From Candidatus Cloacimonadales bacterium (GTDB lineage Bacteria > Cloacimonadota > Cloacimonadia > Cloacimonadales > JAFGVF01): DNA of 64,000 nt. The DNA lies in the NCBI GenBank assembly GCA_963662585.1, contig OY759729.1:96001-160000 (forward strand), given 5' to 3'. Shown here piece after piece: positions 33,401 through 42,400 of the stretch. Position numbers and translations under genes: made by a program. The notes beneath the pieces are model-generated. The model searched no databases and was not told where the DNA came from. It saw only the letters and a program-made list of their open reading frames with translations. Positions within the stretch are counted from its first letter, which is position 1. The number at the start of each line of letters is the position of its first letter.

Positions 33401-36400
33401 TTAGATAAACAGAATGAACTCCTCCATTAGTATCATCTACATTCCAAGCTCTAATACTTAGATTAACTGTTTCTGGATCAGGATTATTACTAAATATATT
33501 AAATTCAATTGGAGCATTATTATTATTATAACCAATATTGATATCTAAATCATTATCGGCAAGCCCTTCCCCACTATTGTTTTCATTATCAAAGTCAGTA
33601 ACATTATAGACCTCTCTCACAAGCTCAAAATCTACTGAAGTTGACTCACTGCCTGGAACATTACTTACTACCTCAAAAGAGCTGTTGTAGATGCCTGCAA
33701 CTAAAGTTCCAGGATTAACTGTAATAGTTATTGTCTGTTCACTTTCAGGTGCTAGTTGACCCATAAATGGATTGAAGCTTATCCAGCTATCATCAGCATT
33801 GAGATTATACTCTAAAGTAGAAGCACCATTGTTTCTAATTATAATAGTCTCTGTATCTACTCCATTTCCTAAAACATAGAAATCTAAAGCTTGAGCTAGA
33901 ATTTCAATAGCTGGTGGATTGATTGCTTGACCAAAGAGAGAAATTACTAAAGGATTATGAAGATAATCTGTGGAATTAATATTCAAAGAAGCATCATCAT
34001 TACCAATAGCTTCCGGATTAAATGTTACTTCAATACTTCTACTCTGCCCTACTGGTATTGTAAAATTCTGATAATTAACAGAATAATAGTTTCCTGTTGT
34101 TGAGATATTGTTCACTATAAGTGGTGAAGTTCCTATATTACTTATTACTAGTGGTAAAGTTTCATTACTATTAGTAAAGACATAACCGAAATCTAACGAA
34201 GTGGTAGAAACTTCAATTTCAGGTAAACCAAGCACTGTCATAAGAACAGATATTTGAATATTATCTTGATAAGGATTATTATGGCTAATCTCTATATTAG
34301 CATGATAAATTCCTGCTACTAAAGTCTCTCCAGAGAAAGTAAGATTAACTATTTGACTTCCTTCAGGTGTTACAACTCCTATTGTCTCAGAGATATCCAC
34401 CCAGGTACTTATTCCTTCCTCAGCATAAGTTACAGATTCAATCGCCCACTCTAAATCACCTAGTCCAGTATTTTCTATGGTTAAAGTACTAGGGAAAGAT
34501 TCTCCAGTTAAGACTGAAATTGTATATTCTTCCGGTCTTACAGCTATTTGCGAAGTTGGATAAAGCTCTACTAGGAAACTCATACTAAGTTGATCCGAGT
34601 GATTATTATAAGCAGTAAGTTCTATCTCTGCTAAACCATACATATCTTCAGAGAAACTTAATGTCAATGTTGTATCATCTAAAGAAGTTGTTACTAGCTC
34701 TTCATTTGTATTTCCAGTAATAACGAAAGAATTTATCTCACTGTCTATATCTCCAAATCTATCGATTAAGGAGATGATAATGTTATCACTATTCATAGGT
34801 TCAAGAAGATCATCAATCTGATTCTGAATATATATCGGATCATCTACTGGAGTAACTATTACTTGAACACTATCACTAGCTATAGCTCTAGATTTACTGA
34901 CATTTACTCTGGCAATCCCTTCTCCTGCTTGATCATCAACAGTGAAGTAAAGGACTTCACTACCATTCCAATCAGGCATAGCTGAGAAAGTTACCATAAA
35001 GCCATCAATGGAAGTATAGATATAATCACCTAAATTACTAGATAATATTAATTGGTCTTCTTCATCAATATCTGTGATGTATTCTGAGAAATCGACCTCT
35101 AAATTACCATCTTCAGCAAAGGTGAAGCTATCCGGAAGAGTTAAGTATGGATTATGGTTAACTGCGTTTATGGTAATATAATCTTCTTTTGTCTCTGTCA
35201 CCGAACCACTATTATTACTTATCGTAAGAGATACTGTAAATACCCCGGATTCTGTATAAGTGTGATATGGATTCTCCTCTGTAGAAGAATTTCCATCTCC
35301 AAAATTCCAATAATAAGAAGTTATGTTACCTTGAGATTGGTTAATGAATTGGATCTCATCAAACTGTGTTGGATTTGTATCTGTAACATTAAATTCTGGT
35401 GTTAGATTTAATATTGCCATTATATAGTTTGAACCATACCATGAACCAAGCGAGATTAAATAATTATCTATATTAGCATGAGCTAAATAACTACTAGGCC
35501 GGTTATGTTCATGACGAGATGCATAATAATATCTTGTACTTGAGTAAGAAGGGTCACCATTTCTTTTTACATAAGCACTATTTCTATAATTTGGTAACCC
35601 AATACCATCATATAAAGCTAGCAAATCGCCACCATCGTTGTAGTAAGAAACTAAATCATTCCAATCTGCAACGCGATAATCACTTCCAAGAAGATCATTA
35701 ATTATCTGGTCCCAGTTCGATGAATCTTGATAATTTAAGGTTGTTCTAGCATACTCCTCATAGATTATTACACTATTTTGAATTGTTATATAATCTTCTT
35801 TAGTCTCAGTATTACTACCAATTTCATCAGAAACTGTCAAAGATACAGTATATAAACCTGCATTTTGATAAACATGGATAGGGTTTTCTTCTAAAGAGCT
35901 GTTACCATCTCCAAATTCCCAATAATAATCTGCTTCTCCTTCGGTCGATAGATTATTAAATTGAATCTCTTGACCTGTTATAGTGCTAGTTGTAGAAGCA
36001 TCAAAGTCGACTAATAATTGATATATTTCTATCTCAACAGCATTAGAAGCTTCAGATTCCCCTTCATCATAAAGAGCTGTAACATTATAACTATAGCTAT
36101 GACCATGTACTAAATTTGTATCACTAAAAAGAGTGTCTAGAACGACCTCATCATTTAACTGAATACTATCACGATAAACATTATAGCCTTGTAAGGCTCT
36201 ACTTTCTTGACTTTGAGAATCTACTGCAGACCATGTTAAAATAACTGAACCATTAACAATATTAGCTTGCAAGTTAGCTGGTGGTGATGATAGTTGAGTT
36301 TCATATCCTTCCCAGGCTAGATGAGGATAATCATTGGCTACAAATGTCCAAATATCCTCTTCCCCATTCTCTGTTTCGTCAGTAAAATCCCAGCCGGCAT

Positions 36401-39400
36401 CTATATAGGTTGAAAGGGTTTGCATTTCTGGTGTTGTTAATCCTGTTCCACCTTGACTTGTTGTTTGATTGGAGATATTGATATCCCAGAAGGAGTTATT
36501 TATTGAACCATTATATAGAATACCAATAAAACCACCAACATAAGAGTTTCCAGCAACATTTCCTGTTGAGTAACAATTGTTTATTTCTATTGCATCATAG
36601 ACTCCAAGCAAACCACCAACAAAAGAATTTCCATTTACAGTTGCTTTGGAATAACAGTTTCCTATGGTTGAAGAGTATGATGAATTTCCCATTAATCCAC
36701 CTACATTGATACTACCATTTACTGTTCCCTTGGAGTAACTACCAATAATTGTTGAAGAATGAAAATAGCCTACTAAACCACCAACATATTTTATTCCATT
36801 CACAGAACATAAGGCAAAGCTATTCACAATATTTGACGAAAGAGAATGTCCTATTAATCCAGCAACTTGCTCATTTCCCGTTGTTTCTATATTGACTAGA
36901 CCAATATTAGATATATCCGCGTTTTCGATGTAACCGAAGAAACCAATACAGATAGTAGTAGGTCTGTTTATATAAAGATTTGAGATTTTATAACCTTGAC
37001 CATTATAGATTCCTTTGTACGAATTATAATTAGAAGAACTTAAATAGTAACCAATCGGACTAAACCCTGCCCCTTCATCCCAATTTTGAGTATCAGAAGC
37101 ATCGATATCAGCAGTCTGCTCAATATAAACTCCCTCAGCCCAATAATTGTTATTCTGACTAAGTATATATAAATCAGTTAAATTATCTATTAAATATGGA
37201 TTAGCTTCTGTTCCTTCTCCACTTAAAAATAGATAAATAGCTTCAACTTCTACTTGATTCGAAGCATCAGATTCCCCTTCATCATAAACAGCTGTTACAT
37301 AATAATTATATGTATGGCCATGTTCTAAATCTGTATCACTAAAGAGAGTGTCTGTAACGACCTCTTCATTAATCTGAATACTATCACGATAGACATTGTA
37401 GCCTTGTAAGGCTCTACTTTCTCGCGATTGTTGTAGGGGTGCAGACCATGTGAGATTTATAGATCCGTTTATAGAAGAAACTTGAAGATTAGAAGGAGCT
37501 ACTAATTCTAACTCACCTTCACCAAAATAAATATTGTCTATATCAAAATAATAGTCATTGACTGTATCATCATTCATTTCAAATCTAAAAATTACCGATT
37601 GATTTGCATAAGAACCGATATTAATTGAATAGGTAGCATATTCAATTGAATTAACATGATTTATAGCGTTTATTTGGTTTATTGCAGTAAAAGTATAGCC
37701 TCTATTAGTTGAAACTGTTGTTATAAAGTAATCATGATTCTCAATTAGAACAGTGGCAGGATGTGGAGCACTATAATCTACAATTCTATAATCGAAAGTA
37801 AGTACAGAGTTTGATGTAATGTTATTCATAGACTGGAATTGAACAAAAGCATTAGAAGAAGTACTATAAATATTTTTACACAGAGTATTATTGGTATTAC
37901 CATGTCCTGATTCAGTTATACTCATATTTGTGTTTGTAATATAAGTAACTGGAACTGTTGTAGATCCTTCGAAATCGATAGTAACAGGCATTGGAATAGT
38001 TGGGTCAGGAATTGTAGTAAATGACCAAACTAAGACACCTTCAGTAGGTTGACCAACAACATTATAAGGAAGAACTTTCCAGTAATAAGTTGTTTCGTAA
38101 TCTAAGCCACTGTAAGCATAGCTTGTTCCAGCTTGATCTACAGGAGTTGTTGTAGCAAATGTTTCATCTGTTGATAAGTAAACATTATATCCACTTGCAC
38201 CAGTAGCAGTTGACCATGTTAAACTTCCACTAAGTGGTCTATTAGTTGATGCATCTGCAGGGTCTAAATAAGTAACAGCAGTAGGAGCAGAACCAAGGGT
38301 AGTAAAGGTCCAAGTAGCAACTAAGGTATCAGCAGTTTCACCAGAGTAATTGCGGTTAATAACTTTCCAGTTATAAGTTGCATTTGGAACTAGATCAGTT
38401 GCTTGATAAGAGTTAACAGCTACAACATTATCAAGAACTAGTTGCATTTCACGAGCACCTTCTACCCCAAGCCATAAGTCTATAGTCTCAGTATAGTTAG
38501 CATTTGTCCAAGCAAGAGTTAAGCTAGTAGGTATATCAATAGCTTCATCAGTAGGTGATGGAGAAGTAGCAGCTGCTGGAGCTGGTAGGGCATCAGCTGT
38601 TAAGTTGATAGTATAATCAATACTTTGCGGTGAAGGATAACTTGAAATAATTAGATAATAAGGTCCAGCAGGAATAATCTCATTAGTATAAGTCAAAGTT
38701 GTACTTGAAGAAGTTTTTGATAATATAACTTCAGCAGGAGTAGTTGCATTAGGTTCATCTCCAAGAATGAAAGCACCAATCCAGCTACCTGTTGTAGTTA
38801 TTGTACCATTAAGCAACATTGTATTTGCTAAGGTAAATTGATAAACAACATCATCTCCATTCAGATAAGAACTACTTGGAGAAATCCAAGTAGATGAATA
38901 GTCATCAACAAAGTCAATAGTATTACCTGTAACATCAACAGCAGGCAAGGTTAAAGGAAGTGGATCGGCACAAGTAGAACCTTGTGGTGGTAGCCATCCT
39001 GAACCTGTAAGAGTAACTTCATTAGCATTTCTGTTGGTGTTTCTGGCTTTAGAATTAGTATTAAGAACAATTCTTCTACCAAGGTCATCATTAATGACTA
39101 AAGTAGCTACTTTAGCACCAAAAGCATCAGGAGTAAAGGTAACAGTTAATTCTAATGTTTCACTGTTCTCTAAAGCCATGTCTGGTGTTTCTTCAACATA
39201 ATCCCAGGCAAAGAGAGCTGCATCAGTTCCGATAATTCCAATATTACCAATATTTAATGTACCAAAACCAACATTAGTTATTGATACCCTTTGTGCACTT
39301 GAAGATTGTAATACTGGAACATCCCCGAAATCTATCTCACTTACACTTAGTTCAGCTAAAGGGCCTTCAGGAATTTCTTCAAATGTTATATTATCAAGAT

Positions 39401-42400
39401 ATACATAGTCATAGGTAGTTGCAAAAACTGGAAGGAATACAATTCTTTCATTAGCAAGAGCAGCTTCAAATTCGACAACGGTTTGCTCATAAGTTAATGG
39501 CACAGCAAAAGTATCAACAACTGTAAGTGTTGTAAAATCTGTATCATACTTTGCTAAGATCATGTCTGTTCCAGCATCACCTTTCATCCAGAATCTTAAT
39601 CTGTAACCACTCAAATCAGGAACAAGGTTAGGAGATATTAACTGAAGACTAGCCGCAACATCATTAGCATTAGAGAATCTGATAGCTGCAGTACCATCTT
39701 GGACATTACTAGTAGTATTATTCAATGTTATGCTTGCAGTAGTTGAACTAGATTCAATAATCGTAGACCAACCAAGGAGATCACCTTCGAAAGATTCGTT
39801 CCAAGGTAAATCACTAGCATAGATATTTGTATCTATTGAATTCCCAACTAATTCTACTGTATGAATGGCTCTATTTTGATCATCAGTAATGACTAATTGA
39901 GCTGTATGGTCTCCCTCAGTAGTAGGAGCATAAAGAACTTGAACTGCGATATTCTCTGAAACCTCAAGACTTGCTGGATAAGTATTATTATCAGTTAGTA
40001 GGAATTGATTAGCATTTGTTCCTGTAAGAGAAAGACCATTAATGCTAAGAGTTGCGAAACCAAAATTTGAAATAGTCAAGTTTTGAACAGCACTTTCAGT
40101 ACCCATTATTTGATCAACAAAGTTTAAAGTATCGGCACTGACTGCAAATACAGGTTCAAGTGATAATTCTTGGAAAGTAAATCCAGAAACAGGTCTGTAT
40201 GCTTTTAGAGTACCTGAAGGGATACTACCAGGGAAGCTAGTATAATAATTTGTTCCATCACTGCGTTGGGTTAATGATCTATTTCCTGCTACAGGATAGT
40301 TATAGAATTCATCTGAATTACTATGATATCCTGATTGTGTAGCAAAGAAAAGTACAACTAAATTATCTGTATTATTATAGATAAATGGACTATTAAAATC
40401 GAATGTCACAATTGCTTCGCTAGTAGTAACATTCATAGTTCCACTATATACATGTGTAAAATCATCTAGTTCCCAGTCATAAGTATCAGCAAAAGTATCT
40501 TTGCTTGTATGTTTTAAGTAAATTTCAACAGTCTCTGACCAAGCTGAGTTTTTGTTATAGAGATAAGAAATTGAAGTAATAGCTGAACCGTCAATATTCA
40601 ATTCTTCTTGAAGATAGATATTTTGAGTAATTGTATAGCCATAATAAGGTTCCATTGGCATACTCTGATTTACAGTTCTTACACCATCAAATACTAAATC
40701 AGCAGCAGGGAAAGGTGATAGACCTGTTGTAAATGACCATATTTCAATACCTTCAATTGGCATTCCTACCACATTATATGGAACAATTTTCCAATAATAT
40801 CTAGTATCATAATCACTACTATAAGCATAACTTGTAGCAGTTTGATCTACAGGGGTGACGCCAGTAAAAGTATCATCTGTTGAGAAATAGACATAGTATC
40901 CATCAGCACCTGTTACAGAAGCCCAAACGATATTACCAGTAAGGGCAACACCAGTAGTATCATCTGCAGGGGAAGTATAAACTGCAGCTGCAGGAGCTTC
41001 TCCTGTAGTTGAGAAAGTCCAAGTAGTAACTAAGGTATCTACTGTTTCCCCAGTGTAGTTGCGATTAACAATAGCCCACTCATATTCACGAGCAGTTTCT
41101 AAAGTTACAGCATACTCTTCAACAGCAGGAATATCTTCTTCTACTAATACCATTGACCCAGCATGACCAAAATAAATATCTATAGTCTCGGTATAAACAG
41201 CATTATCCCAAGTGAGAGTCAAGTTAGTTGGTTGGTTTTCTGCTTCATCAGCAGGGGAAGGATTTGAAGCTACACCTGGAGCAGGAATATTTTCAGTGTT
41301 AATAGTCATTATAAATTCACCATTATTTGTGTTATAACCAGTTACTATTATATAGTAATCTCCAGCTGGAGCTAATGATTGATTCATTTTTGACCAAGCA
41401 GCTCTATCTCTAGTTTTAGTTTCTTCAATAAATCTTCCACCTGTACCAGCACTACCTTCATCATCATTGTAATACCAAGCATCACTAGATTGATTTGCAG
41501 TATCTATTTGGTCGAAAGAATTAAATACATATAGTTTTGTATCCCATAAGGTTCCTTCTAAAGAAATATCCATAAGTTTAGAAGTAGGAAGGGTTAATTT
41601 ATAAACTACAGATTGACTTGAACAGAAATTATAACTAACATTATAAGGAGTAGTTGAATGTTCTACTACAATTGAATCAGCTAAAGTTAGAACAAAGGGA
41701 GCGTTGTGATCATTACCTGTGTTATCTAAGATATCCACAGTTAAAGCAACATCAAGGTTAATTGGTACAAATGGATTACCTGGATCTGTCTGTTTCAATC
41801 TTAATGTTGAAGTATGAAGACCCATTAAAGTTGTTAATGGAGTTACATCAAGAGTAATTGAAGCTTGTGGTTCTAAAGTTATAGGATATTCATTCACATC
41901 TGACAAAATAAAGTAGTTTGTATTTAAAACAGAAGCTTCAATAATTTCAGCAGCTAGTCCACCTACATTAGTAAGTGTTACAGTAACAGGTGTTTCTACA
42001 ACATTGCCAAATAAATAGCTACCAAAATCAACTGCCTCAGGAGAAAATTCCATGATAGCAGATGTTGGTATTTCTTCTATATTTACATCATCAATATAGA
42101 TATATCTATAAGTTCCACCAGAACCATTTTTGAAAGAAACATGATTTACTGCACGATCAGCAGGTAAGTCGATGATATAAGCAGTATAAGTAGTTGTTAA
42201 AGCTAAAGTATCTAAAGCTACAAAAGTAGATTCATCCATAGCCTCAGACATTGTACCCACAATTAATGGGTAGCCTGCACCATTAGCTTTAGCATTAAAT
42301 CTAACTCTATTTCCAGCATTCTCAAGTTTTGGAGTAGAAGCTATTAAGCTTCCTGTTGTTGCAGAACTATTATAGAGTCTGTAAGAATTAGGACTTGTTA

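Noticed and set aside
22492..35701. Short antisense or alternate-frame ORFs inside the giant gene
   Set aside because: Fully overlap a well-supported CDS and mirror its repeats; the same applies to 2504, 3750, 9003, 11414, 44849, 46100, 56098, 58051, 59453, 61531 and 63726
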